From Candidatus Heimdallarchaeota archaeon (GTDB lineage: Archaea; Asgardarchaeota; Heimdallarchaeia; Heimdallarchaeales; Heimdallarchaeaceae), in NCBI GenBank assembly GCA_030603365.1, contig JAUVXV010000010.1:79925-143924 (forward strand): a DNA stretch of 64,000 nt, read 5' to 3'. The translations under genes were made by a program, and so were the position numbers. Positions 9,974-19,239 of this stretch are shown here, one piece after another. Each line of letters opens with the position of its first letter. The stretch's first letter is position 1. The notes beneath the pieces are model-generated. The model was not told where the DNA came from, ran no database searches, and was given only the letters and a program-made list of their open reading frames with translations.

Positions 9974-12052
9974 ATGAGAGGAACAACTAGAGCAATAATC
10001 ATGTTATTGATAGGGACCTCTTTGTTCAGTCCTTTGCTGATCGAATCAGATAATCAAAAAGATTTGAATTCATCTCCTTCTTCTCCTTTTCTTTTTTCTT
10101 ATTCTAGTGCAATAAATATCGATAATGATTCTGCTTTTATTACATATGGATTTCCAGGAAATGGAACTTTTAGTAATCCATTTAGAATTGAAAATCTGGA
10201 AATAATCTCAAACGAAACTTACTCGATTCGAATTCAAAATACTAATAGTTTCTTTATCATCACCAACTGTAAACTCAATTCAACATATAATGGTATTAAT
10301 TTGAAAAATCTTGCAAACAACACAGCAATTGTAGAAAACAATGTTTTTTCAAATTTTGATCAAGGAATTGGATTATATATAGAAAACTCTTCTTTTACCA
10401 AAATTATAGATAATCATTTCTCATACTCAAAGACAGCAATTATGACAAGACTAGATACAGATAATTGTACTATAATCAATAACTCCTTTGAGTATATATC
10501 AAGTGAATGCTTCTCGATACAAGAATCGGATAATTGTGTAATCATTAGTAATGAATGTTTAATTTCTAGTACCTTTCTGTACGCCTATTTTTGTGATTAT
10601 TTGACAGTTGTTAATAATTTCTGTGATGATACGCGACAATTCACTCATGTAAGTCACTCTCAAAATTGTAATATTTCTAGTAATACATGTTCAAATATTA
10701 CTGAAAATGGGATATATATTGGAGATACTGATTCATGCGATGTTTTATTCAATGAAATTAATGGAGGTTCAGCTGGTCTCAGAATTGTATCTTCATCAAA
10801 TGTAAATATTTGTTGTAATACAATTGAATACTGTAATATTGGATTGGGTTTACGAAAATCCAGAGAATGCTATATTAAAAAGAATAATTTTACTAAATGC
10901 GGCATTTCTATCGATGAAGTAGAAGAACCAGATATTGATACATGGATGTTAGAAGACAATCTAGTTAATGGTAAGTTACTCGGTTTTTATCGGCACAAAG
11001 GAACTAATTTCTTAATTGAAGAAGAATATGGACAACTAATCCTAGTGGATTGTTTCCAAGTGACAGTTAGAAATATAAAAATTGAAAACACTAGTATGGG
11101 GATAGGTTTATTTTATTGTGATTATTCAATTGTTGAAAACTGCACAATAAGTAATACAGTACAGAATTTTGTCCTCTATGAATCCTATTCATGTAATATT
11201 ACAACTAGTTACAGTTTTGCCTCTACTTACGGTCTAGTAGTCTCTCGTTCAGAAAATTGTTATGTTCTAGAAACAGAAATTTACAACAATGATTATGGGA
11301 TCCAAATTAGTCTATCAGAATATTGTTACATTAATAAGAATAATATCTTAGCAAATAATCACTATGGAATTGAACTCCATTTCTCTGATTACTGTGAGAT
11401 AACAGAAAATACAATCAAAGAGAACATAAAAGGCATTTACCTAAACTTTGTGAGTACAATATTAATTGGAAGTAATTACATATCACAAAATTATCCAAAT
11501 CCCGTTTACAATAATAATTCCGCAGGAATTTATTCAACTGCAGCACTTTGGGTCTCAATTAAACACAATTCTTTTACAGATAATGAAAAAGGAATATTGT
11601 TGTTGTTTAGTCATTATTTTATGATTTCAGATAATTGTTTTAGGAATAATAACTATGGTATTGTAGGGAAAGAAATTTTGGAAAGTGAAATCAAATACAA
11701 TTGGTTTGAAGAAAACAGCTTTTACGCCATTACTTTAAGTTCTATCTCTACAGGAAACATAATACATCATAATGCATTCATAAATAATAATAATGGTAAT
11801 GTTCAAGTTTTGGATGATGGATTTAATAACACTTGGTATAAAGTGGAAACAGAAGAAGGAAACTATTGGAGTGATTATCAAAAAACAGGAAATTATAGTA
11901 TAGATGGAATGGCAAATTCGTATGATCTCTATCCATTAATGGTAAATCCTTTAAGAAAGAGTTACTCGAGTTATTATGCGTTTTTTTCAATGATAATTTT
12001 GATTCCAGTAAGTGTTATAGCTTTGAAAAAATATAGAAAAAGAAAAGAGTAA
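9974..12052 (+). CDS. NosD/pectin-lyase-like beta-helix surface glycoprotein
   Basis: Signal anchor, GFPGNGT..NPFRIENL, many N.I..N..GI.L repeats, GNYWSDY...D.YPL, C-terminal TM plus KKYRKRKE. Confidence 0.9.
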   Translation: MRGTTRAIIMLLIGTSLFSPLLIESDNQKDLNSSPSSPFLFSYSSAINIDNDSAFITYGFPGNGTFSNPFRIENLEIISNETYSIRIQNTNSFFIITNCKLNSTYNGINLKNLANNTAIVENNVFSNFDQGIGLYIENSSFTKIIDNHFSYSKTAIMTRLDTDNCTIINNSFEYISSECFSIQESDNCVIISNECLISSTFLYAYFCDYLTVVNNFCDDTRQFTHVSHSQNCNISSNTCSNITENGIYIGDTDSCDVLFNEINGGSAGLRIVSSSNVNICCNTIEYCNIGLGLRKSRECYIKKNNFTKCGISIDEVEEPDIDTWMLEDNLVNGKLLGFYRHKGTNFLIEEEYGQLILVDCFQVTVRNIKIENTSMGIGLFYCDYSIVENCTISNTVQNFVLYESYSCNITTSYSFASTYGLVVSRSENCYVLETEIYNNDYGIQISLSEYCYINKNNILANNHYGIELHFSDYCEITENTIKENIKGIYLNFVSTILIGSNYISQNYPNPVYNNNSAGIYSTAALWVSIKHNSFTDNEKGILLLFSHYFMISDNCFRNNNYGIVGKEILESEIKYNWFEENSFYAITLSSISTGNIIHHNAFINNNNGNVQVLDDGFNNTWYKVETEEGNYWSDYQKTGNYSIDGMANSYDLYPLMVNPLRKSYSSYYAFFSMIILIPVSVIALKKYRKRKE

Positions 12053-12060
12053 AAGTAGGG

Positions 12061-13752
12061 TTAGTTTAACCCTATTATATTCCCATCTTCAGTGTAGTCC
12101 ATTCTGTTTGCTGCTGGAACTGGAGGGAGTCCAGGCAGTAAGAACATGCTACCACAAATGGGAACGATAAAACGAGCACCAGTGTATAGACGAACTTCAT
12201 CTACATTGAGAGTCCAACCTTTTGGAGCACCCATCAAACCAATCTTGTCAGATAGACTTAGTTGGGTTTTAGCCATACACATTGGAAAATCAGCGAAACC
12301 AAGTTTTTCGATGTAAGCTATATCTTGGAGAGCTTGTGGTGAGTATTCAACATCATCAGCACCGTAGATTTTGGTGGCGATTTTCTCGATTTTAACTTTA
12401 ATAGGATCAGAAAATTCGTAAGCAAATTTAACGTCACCAGTTCCTTTTTCGATAGCTTCTAAAACAGCTTCGGCAAGTTCTATACCACCTTCGCCACCTT
12501 TCATGAAAACTTCACTTTCAGCAGCAGTAACACCGAATTCAGAGCACTTGTCTTTAATCCATTTAATCTCTTCATCAGAATCAAAGGGGAAGCGGTTAAT
12601 AGCAACAACAGGGGGTATATTAAAGACATTAAGCATGTTATCAAGATGTTTTTCAACATTCTCGAAACCTTTAGCTAATTCATCCATATGAATATTTTTA
12701 GCTTCATCTAAATCTTTGATACCACCGTGGAGTTTGAGGGCACGAGCAGTAACAACAAGAACTACTGCGTTTGGTAAGGTATCATATTGACGAGCAACAA
12801 TATCGACAAATTTTTCGAAACCAAGGTCAGCTGCAAAACCACCTTCAGTGATGGTATAATCTGCAAGCTTGAGGGCAAGCTTTGTAGCAACGATAGAAGA
12901 GTTTCCGTGCGCCACGTTAGCAAATGGGCCTGCGTGTATGAACCCTGGTACTCCTTCAAAGTTTTGTACTAGGTTTGGTTTTATTGCATCTTTCAGTATT
13001 AGTGTCATTGCTCCTACTGCTTCAATATCCCTAGCGAAGACTGGCTTATCATCATAAGTGTATCCTAATAGAATACTTCCTAATCTTTCTTTCAGTTCTC
13101 CCACATCAGCTGATAGAGCTAAAATAGCCATAATTTCTGAAGCTGCTGTAATAACAAAGCCTGTGTTTCGGACATCACCACCCATTCTTCTTCCACCAAG
13201 TCCAGTAATGATATTTCTTAATGCTCTATCATTCATATCTATTGCTCTTGGCCAAGTTACTTTGGTTGGATCAATGTTACACTTATTTCCTTTTGTTAAG
13301 TGATTGTCAAGCAAAGCTGCTAGTAAATTATGAGCTGAAGTAATAGCATGTAAATCTCCTGTAAAGTGCAGATTTATGTCCCACATTGGAAAAACTTGCG
13401 AAAGATGACCTCCTGTTGCTCCTCCTTTTATTCCGAAAGTTGGACCCATACTTGGTTCTCTTAAGGCAAACATAACTTTCTTGCCTAATCTGTTAAACGC
13501 TTGAGAAAGACCTATTGTTGTAACAGTTTTACCTTCACCTGCTCTTGAAGCAGTCATAGCTGTTACAGCGATGAGTTTTCCATTAGGTTTATCGGATTTT
13601 AATATCTTTAGCATTGTTTGATAATTTATTTTTGCTACATATTTTCCGAATTGCTCGAGGTCATCTTCTTCCAGACCTACTTTTGCAGCAATTTCCCTAA
13701 TATTTTTCATATCTTTTTGCTTTTCTTGAGCAATTTCTATGTCAGTTTTCAT
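12061..13752 (-). CDS. fhs: Formate--tetrahydrofolate ligase
   Basis: MKTDIEIAQ start, GEGKT, LREPSMGPTFGIKGGATGG, INLHFTGD, HAGPFANVAHG, TEGGF; the ORF-track extension to 13935 is probably not translated. Confidence 0.97.
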   Translation of the reverse strand: MKTDIEIAQEKQKDMKNIREIAAKVGLEEDDLEQFGKYVAKINYQTMLKILKSDKPNGKLIAVTAMTASRAGEGKTVTTIGLSQAFNRLGKKVMFALREPSMGPTFGIKGGATGGHLSQVFPMWDINLHFTGDLHAITSAHNLLAALLDNHLTKGNKCNIDPTKVTWPRAIDMNDRALRNIITGLGGRRMGGDVRNTGFVITAASEIMAILALSADVGELKERLGSILLGYTYDDKPVFARDIEAVGAMTLILKDAIKPNLVQNFEGVPGFIHAGPFANVAHGNSSIVATKLALKLADYTITEGGFAADLGFEKFVDIVARQYDTLPNAVVLVVTARALKLHGGIKDLDEAKNIHMDELAKGFENVEKHLDNMLNVFNIPPVVAINRFPFDSDEEIKWIKDKCSEFGVTAAESEVFMKGGEGGIELAEAVLEAIEKGTGDVKFAYEFSDPIKVKIEKIATKIYGADDVEYSPQALQDIAYIEKLGFADFPMCMAKTQLSLSDKIGLMGAPKGWTLNVDEVRLYTGARFIVPICGSMFLLPGLPPVPAANRMDYTEDGNIIGLN

Positions 13753-13953
13753 AGTAATCATCATCATATCGAGTGTTAATTGTTTTTTTTCCGAGTTTTG
13801 CTTAAAAAGTATTTGCATAGTTATAGAAAACCAAGGTGCCGACGGATTCACTGATGGAGATGCACAGAGTGTCAATTCATTGTTTGTCAAATAGATATGT
13901 TCTAAAATACCCGTGTTCATTGAGCCATAGAACATTATTAGTGATTATTTCAA

Positions 13954-14937
13954 ATGCAATGTGAACATCCCCAGTGCAATACTGAAGCAGATATTTTATT
14001 CTACTGTCGATTCTGTAGAGGGTCCTTTTGTCAGAATCATAGAGATGCTCATACTCATAACTGCCCCTCGCTCAGTCAACCAAGTCAGTCAACACAAGGG
14101 GCCCAACCAGGTGCACCTCAGGGTCAAGTTAGAGCAGCGGAAGTTATGCGAAAAATAGCTTATGGTGTTGCTCAAGCTGCTCAACAAGCTGCTCAACAAC
14201 AAGCTCAGGCTCAGCAACCTATGCACTTTCCCGATGAGAAGAGTAAGAAGGACTTTATTGCAAAAAGACTTACTTCTTCAGGTGAGCTATTTTCTTTAGG
14301 AAATGAGGTATTAGACATACTTTTTGGTTTTACATTAATAGTTCTTGTTTTTGGTTTTTTCCAATATATCAGAGCTACAGAGAATAGATGGTGGGGTTTT
14401 GCTATTGCTGCAATATTAGTAGGTACCGCTTTCTTACCTCACGAATTAGCTCATAAATTTGTAGCCATCAGAAAAGGACAGTTTGCTCGATATATTCTAT
14501 GGGTTAAAGGAATGTTGTTTACAATGCTCACGTTAGTTTTAGGAATTGGACTAATTGTCCCAGGTTTTGTAGCAATAGTTCCTATGAGTCGTCAAATGAA
14601 CAAAAAAGACATAGGCTTGGTTTCATTTGCGGGACCAGCAATAAATGCAGTAATAGGATTTGTTAGTCTAATTATCGGTTTCTTAACTTATAGTGGCTAT
14701 GCTGTTGGATTCGCAGGTCCTCTAGCTCTTTATGGTCTTTTTGGTGTTCCTAACATTTTCATCCTTGTTGCGCAGTTTAATGGTATTATTGCTTTATTCA
14801 ACTGTATACCTGTTTGGCAATTAGATGGTAAGAAAATCCTTAGTTGGAATAAAATGGCTTATTTTATACTTGTAGCAATCAATCTTGCAATTGTTATTCC
14901 TACATTTATCCTAAATCCAGGTTTCCTATCAGGGTAA
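13954..14937 (+). CDS. AN1-type zinc finger fused to M50 (site-2) intramembrane metalloprotease
   Basis: C..C...C..C...FC..HR...H.C; HELAH, AGPAIN, NCIP...LDG. Confidence 0.9.
   Translation: MQCEHPQCNTEADILFYCRFCRGSFCQNHRDAHTHNCPSLSQPSQSTQGAQPGAPQGQVRAAEVMRKIAYGVAQAAQQAAQQQAQAQQPMHFPDEKSKKDFIAKRLTSSGELFSLGNEVLDILFGFTLIVLVFGFFQYIRATENRWWGFAIAAILVGTAFLPHELAHKFVAIRKGQFARYILWVKGMLFTMLTLVLGIGLIVPGFVAIVPMSRQMNKKDIGLVSFAGPAINAVIGFVSLIIGFLTYSGYAVGFAGPLALYGLFGVPNIFILVAQFNGIIALFNCIPVWQLDGKKILSWNKMAYFILVAINLAIVIPTFILNPGFLSG
14170..14217 (+). repeat. Imperfect GCTCAA/GCTCAACAA tandem repeat encoding an A/Q linker
   Basis: Direct inspection; encodes AQAAQQAAQQQAQAQQ. Confidence 0.7.
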
Positions 14938-15002
14938 GTGGATAAAATCATTTTCTTTCTTCTTTTATTTTCTATCACAAAAGATAATTATGAGTAATTT
15001 AT

Positions 15003-15076
15003 ATGTGATTAGAGGATGAACAAGGCATTGCAGAGAGCTTTCGCTCTATGATGAATCATAGTTAGGCTGATAACAT
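15003..15076 (+). ncRNA. Box C/D methylation guide sRNA (double guide, 23S rRNA domain IV)
   Basis: C AGGATGA 15013-19, D' CAGA 15031-34, hairpin GAGC-TTTC-GCTC, C' ATGATGA 15048-54, D CTGA 15067-70; guides complementary to AAUGCCUUG and UAACUAUGA. Confidence 0.85.
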
Positions 15077-16125
15077 TAAATTTTGTCTAAAATCTTATGC
15101 CTTTCTTTTTTTAATTCTTCTAAATTACTTATGTTAAGCATTGCCAATACTGCCTTCATTTCAAGGATGTATGTTGATAGGAATTTTCTACAATCATCTA
15201 TTCCTCCCTTTCCAATGGATCTCAGAATTGGTAGAGCTAAACCAACATAATCTGCTCCTAGAAGTAAAGCTTTTACTGCGTCAAATCCACACCACACTCC
15301 TCCTGAAGCTATAAGCTTTACGCTTTTATTCTCAGCTAATTCAACTGCATTCAACAGACTGTTTTTCGTAGATATTCCCCAATTAAGAAACTTATCAGAA
15401 AGATATTTTACTTCCTTATTACGATAATATTCTATCCGGGACCAATTAGTCCCCCCTGCTCCTGCAACATCTAGAGCATAGATTTTCAATTGGGTTAAGG
15501 TTTTTGCATCTTCTTTTGTTAACCCCGTTCCTACACCTTTAATGATAATAGGAGAATCCAATTCTTGTTTAAGATCCACAATTTTCTTTAGAGCTTTTGA
15601 TTGATTTTTGTCTCCTTCACCTTGAACAAACTCTTGAAGAGGATTGATGTGGATAGCTAAAGCATCAGCTCCAATCATAGTAATAGCTTTTTGTGCTTGT
15701 ACATGATCATATCCTTGAATAAACTGAGCTATTCCTAGATTTGCAATGAGTGGGATATTTGGTGCGATATGCCTAACCTTGTAAGTATCGACAAGCTTTG
15801 GTTCTTCAATTGCAGCTCTTTGAGATCCAACACCCATACCTATATTGAATTCACTACAAATTCGTGCAACAGATTCATTGAAAACCCTACCATTTTCACT
15901 TCCTCCAGTCATACCTGAGACTATGATAGGGTAGTTTACTTCCTTAGATAGGAATGTAGTAGATAAATCGACTTCTTCTGAGGAGAATTGTGTTAGTAAA
16001 GTAGGCTCAATAATTATATCATCAAAACCATTTGTTATTCCACTGTATTGAACATCTGATTCTAAACAAAGTAGAATATGGTCATCTTTCCTAGAAGAGG
16101 TTAATGATGAATCCGTCTGTTTCAT
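15076..16125 (-). CDS. fni: Type 2 isopentenyl-diphosphate delta-isomerase
   Basis: RKDDHI, SGMTGG, GVGSQR, HINPLQE, DVAGAGGTNW, ASGG. Confidence 0.96.
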   Translation of the reverse strand: MKQTDSSLTSSRKDDHILLCLESDVQYSGITNGFDDIIIEPTLLTQFSSEEVDLSTTFLSKEVNYPIIVSGMTGGSENGRVFNESVARICSEFNIGMGVGSQRAAIEEPKLVDTYKVRHIAPNIPLIANLGIAQFIQGYDHVQAQKAITMIGADALAIHINPLQEFVQGEGDKNQSKALKKIVDLKQELDSPIIIKGVGTGLTKEDAKTLTQLKIYALDVAGAGGTNWSRIEYYRNKEVKYLSDKFLNWGISTKNSLLNAVELAENKSVKLIASGGVWCGFDAVKALLLGADYVGLALPILRSIGKGGIDDCRKFLSTYILEMKAVLAMLNISNLEELKKERHKILDKI

Positions 16126-16267
16126 GAATGCTAATACGATATCAGAAATATAAAGTTGTAGTTGGAAATTTCATCCCAAAAAATGTGAGCAATTTTGTAT
16201 CAAACGGAAAGGTTCATAAGACTGTTACGACATATACGGAAAAAAATCAGACTTCAGAGTGTTAAAT

Positions 16268-16528
16268 ATGGAATTCTGCCCCGAATGTGGAAAATTATTA
16301 ATCCCTAAGAAAAAAGGAAAAGCAAAAATTCTGGTTTGTCCTAAATGTGGAATAGAACTCAAACTCAATAAAGACGGTGGCTACGAAGTTCAAGATGAAG
16401 TTGAACACAAGGCCAGCGATTTAACAGAAGTAGTGGTTGTTGAAGGAGAATCTGGTTTTTCAGAAGCTGAATTAGAAGCAAGAAGAGAAAGATTTATTGA
16501 AGGAATAGACTTCTTTGAAACCGAATAA
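16268..16528 (+). CDS. RpoM/TFS-like protein with N-terminal zinc ribbon only
   Basis: MEFCPECGKLL...LVCPKCG; acidic tail; no second ribbon. Confidence 0.8.
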   Translation: MEFCPECGKLLIPKKKGKAKILVCPKCGIELKLNKDGGYEVQDEVEHKASDLTEVVVVEGESGFSEAELEARRERFIEGIDFFETE

Positions 16529-16549
16529 TCCGAATGGATAGAACTAACC

Positions 16550-17485
16550 ATGTCGAATTTTTTTCCTATAATCATGATACGATTTTCAGAGATAGCAATA
16601 AAAGGTGCAAAAACACGAAAATGGTTTACAGACCGTTTAGTCTCTCACATAGACTTCTTATTGAAAGCTCATGAAGTCTTAGAGTATCAAGTAATAAAGG
16701 AATATAGTAGAGTTTTCGTAAAATCCAATGAAACTAAGAAGGTAGAGGAAGTAATTACAGCTCTTACTCCAGGAGCAGTAAGCACAAGTGAAGTATTCCA
16801 GTGTTCGTCCAAAATAGAAGACATACAACTATGTGTAAAAGAGAAATTTTTTACTAAATTCAAGAAGAATTCCACTTTTGCAGTTCAAGCAAAAAGAACA
16901 GGAAAACATCCTTATTCAAGTGTGGAACTTGGTGCAAAAATTGGAGAATTTATTTTGGATAATAATGAAGAAAAGGGATTGAAAGTAGACCTTACCACTC
17001 CAGAATATAAACTTAAGATAGAAGTAAGAGATGACAAAGCTTACGTTTTTGATACAATTAATAGAGGATTAGGAGGATTACCTGTTGGTAGTCAAGGGAA
17101 AGTTCTAGTTTTAATCTCTGGTGAGAGAGAGGATATCTCAAATATAATTCAGCTCTATAAAAGAGGAGCAGTTACTCAAATCTACTCCTTGCAGAAAAAT
17201 TCGGAAATGAATCATGAATTCAAAGAATCTATTACTCGAATCCTGAATTTTCAACCTCAATTGAGTCTTGAAGAAAAAGAAATTTACTATGTAGAGCACG
17301 AATTTGATGTGAAGCATCTATTGCATTACTATACTAAGAATGAATGTTTAGGCTTAGCGGTATCTAAGGCAGTTTTTAATAAATTAACAAATGAGCTTCC
17401 TGTATCATTACCTATATTTGTTCCTCATCTTGTTACCGAAATAGATGAAGAGGAAATATCTAAAATATTAGCAACCATTCTCTAG
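16550..17485 (+). CDS. ThiI-like THUMP-domain protein with degenerate PP-loop domain
   Basis: IRFSEIAIKG, TFAVQAKRTGKH, VDLTTP, GLGGLPVGSQGKVLVLISG; SGGIDS replaced by SGERED. Confidence 0.8.
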   Translation: MSNFFPIIMIRFSEIAIKGAKTRKWFTDRLVSHIDFLLKAHEVLEYQVIKEYSRVFVKSNETKKVEEVITALTPGAVSTSEVFQCSSKIEDIQLCVKEKFFTKFKKNSTFAVQAKRTGKHPYSSVELGAKIGEFILDNNEEKGLKVDLTTPEYKLKIEVRDDKAYVFDTINRGLGGLPVGSQGKVLVLISGEREDISNIIQLYKRGAVTQIYSLQKNSEMNHEFKESITRILNFQPQLSLEEKEIYYVEHEFDVKHLLHYYTKNECLGLAVSKAVFNKLTNELPVSLPIFVPHLVTEIDEEEISKILATIL

Positions 17486-18100
17486 TTCTTGTCTAACTAC
17501 TGAACCATTTGGTTCTTGTTCTGAAAACACTATTCCTTGGAATTTTTCAACAGATAATTTGTTGTTTTTCCATTCATCCATAGGTAGGTAAGCTTTTCTG
17601 CATGTATTAGAAAGGAATTCTTCAGTATTCCATCCTTGTTCAACAGGAACTTGAGGCAATAACAATCCTTGATTTGGACCAAGTTTTACAATAAGTCCAT
17701 CACCAGGAACTGTAATTTGGCTAAGCAATTCTTGTGGAGAGGAATATTCTATTTTTTGAGGAGGAGTCATAACTGTTACTTCAAAGATTAACTCAGCTAA
17801 TTCGTGTTTCTTCACTGGCTGAAATCGAGGATCATTTAAAGTTGATGTCTTAGCTAGTTCAATAACCTCTTTGTAAAGGGGGTCTATACCAATAGGATAA
17901 CCAATACATCCTCGAAGAAGATGTTCTGAGCCCTTAATAGCTTTAACTGTTACAAATACCCCTGTTACAAGTTTGGTCTGTTCAGGTATTGGTTTTAATG
18001 GTTGAGGAGTCTTATCTTCTCTAATCCAAATTTCTGCAGCATGGCGTGCTAATTTTACTAAATAAGATCCTGTCTCATCCTCGATTTTCATCAATAACAC
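17468..18100 (-). CDS. AMMECR1 domain protein
   Basis: GVFVT, LRGCIG, DPRF, GLLLPQV. Confidence 0.95.
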   Translation of the reverse strand: MLLMKIEDETGSYLVKLARHAAEIWIREDKTPQPLKPIPEQTKLVTGVFVTVKAIKGSEHLLRGCIGYPIGIDPLYKEVIELAKTSTLNDPRFQPVKKHELAELIFEVTVMTPPQKIEYSSPQELLSQITVPGDGLIVKLGPNQGLLLPQVPVEQGWNTEEFLSNTCRKAYLPMDEWKNNKLSVEKFQGIVFSEQEPNGSVVRQELENGC

Positions 18101-18101
18101 T

Positions 18102-18563
18102 CTACTTTATTTCTTCTATAACCCTTTTAATATCTTCCCAATGGCTTCCTAGCCAGAAAATTTTTGCGCAAGAATCACATTCCCAAAATTCATCATAATG
18201 TTTTGCAGTTCCTTCAGGTATTCTATCTAATAGCTCTTGTTTTTCCTTAAATGATAGATTCCCATTACACACACTGCATCTCATAGTTTCAGGTGGAAAA
18301 ATAATGGAAAGACCTAATGATTCTCTAATTTCCTGTAATTGGCTAGAAATATCTGTTGAGGTTAGATGAATGGATTGTGTTTTCTTCTTTTCACTTAACA
18401 AAATCACTTTTTGAGATTGTGATATCAATATTCTTTTGCTTTGAAAAGATTCTTCTAACATTTCATCTATACTTTCTTTCGATCGATAAAGAGTATCGTA
18501 ACCTAAAAAGCGTAAAAAACGGGCTAGTTTTCCAAGCATCGAATCTGTATAGAACTTATACAT
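18102..18563 (-). CDS. Mut7-C RNase (PIN plus Zn ribbon) protein
   Basis: DSMLGKLARFLRFLGYD, RCSVCN, C..C.KIFW.GSHW. Confidence 0.93.
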   Translation of the reverse strand: MYKFYTDSMLGKLARFLRFLGYDTLYRSKESIDEMLEESFQSKRILISQSQKVILLSEKKKTQSIHLTSTDISSQLQEIRESLGLSIIFPPETMRCSVCNGNLSFKEKQELLDRIPEGTAKHYDEFWECDSCAKIFWLGSHWEDIKRVIEEIK

Positions 18564-19146
18564 TACTTTCTATCAACTCTTCCGGAGCACATCTTTTACA
18601 CACGTACAGTCCCTTACTAAATATCAAACTCTCAGAATACTCTTTACAGTCATCACAGTACCCAGCAATCTCTTCTTTATCGCTAGAATCAGTTTCTTCT
18701 CCCATTACTCTGAGATATTCTTGTTCTAAAAGAATTAACTGTGGAACAACTTTGAAAATATCTGAATCTGTACAAATCCCTACTATTTTTCCTTCTTTTC
18801 CAACTATGACAAGATGTCTGATACCATCCTTGAACATCGTTTGCATAGCTTGAATAATCGTTAAGGAAGGAGAAGCTGTTATTAGAGGTGAGGACATTAC
18901 TTTTTCCACGGTTACTTCGTCCGCTCTCCTATTTAGTGCGAGAACATGTTTTATCAGATTCTCTTTTGTAACTATCCCTAGTGTCTTTCCCTCTAAATCA
19001 ACGACCACAACTGAACCGATTTTGTTGTCAATCATTAATTTTGCACAAATATCTGCAGAAGTATTTGGGTGTACTGTAATAACCTTTTTTGTCATTATTT
19101 CTTTTACTGCCATTTCAAATTTTTTCTCATCAAAGACAGATTTCAA
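18556..19146 (-). CDS. CBS-pair protein with C-terminal Zn ribbon
   Basis: Two CBS repeats; GYCDDC...VCKRC. Confidence 0.9.
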   Translation of the reverse strand: MKSVFDEKKFEMAVKEIMTKKVITVHPNTSADICAKLMIDNKIGSVVVVDLEGKTLGIVTKENLIKHVLALNRRADEVTVEKVMSSPLITASPSLTIIQAMQTMFKDGIRHLVIVGKEGKIVGICTDSDIFKVVPQLILLEQEYLRVMGEETDSSDKEEIAGYCDDCKEYSESLIFSKGLYVCKRCAPEELIESNV

Positions 19147-19239
19147 TTTACAAACCTTCCATTGTTTCTATGTTGACAAATATCGTATGTTACTTTAAAG
19201 GTTTTACACAATTTATCAATTTCTTAGAACCTTAAACAC

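Noticed and set aside
13753-13935. 61-codon N-terminal extension of fhs in the ORF track
   Set aside because: Fhs proteins begin at the MKTDIEIA-like motif, and a TATA-like box lies at about 13801-13808 inside the extension
13830-13935. ZTP/THF/fluoride riboswitch upstream of fhs
   Set aside because: Consensus cores not found, and the segment lies upstream of the likely fhs promoter
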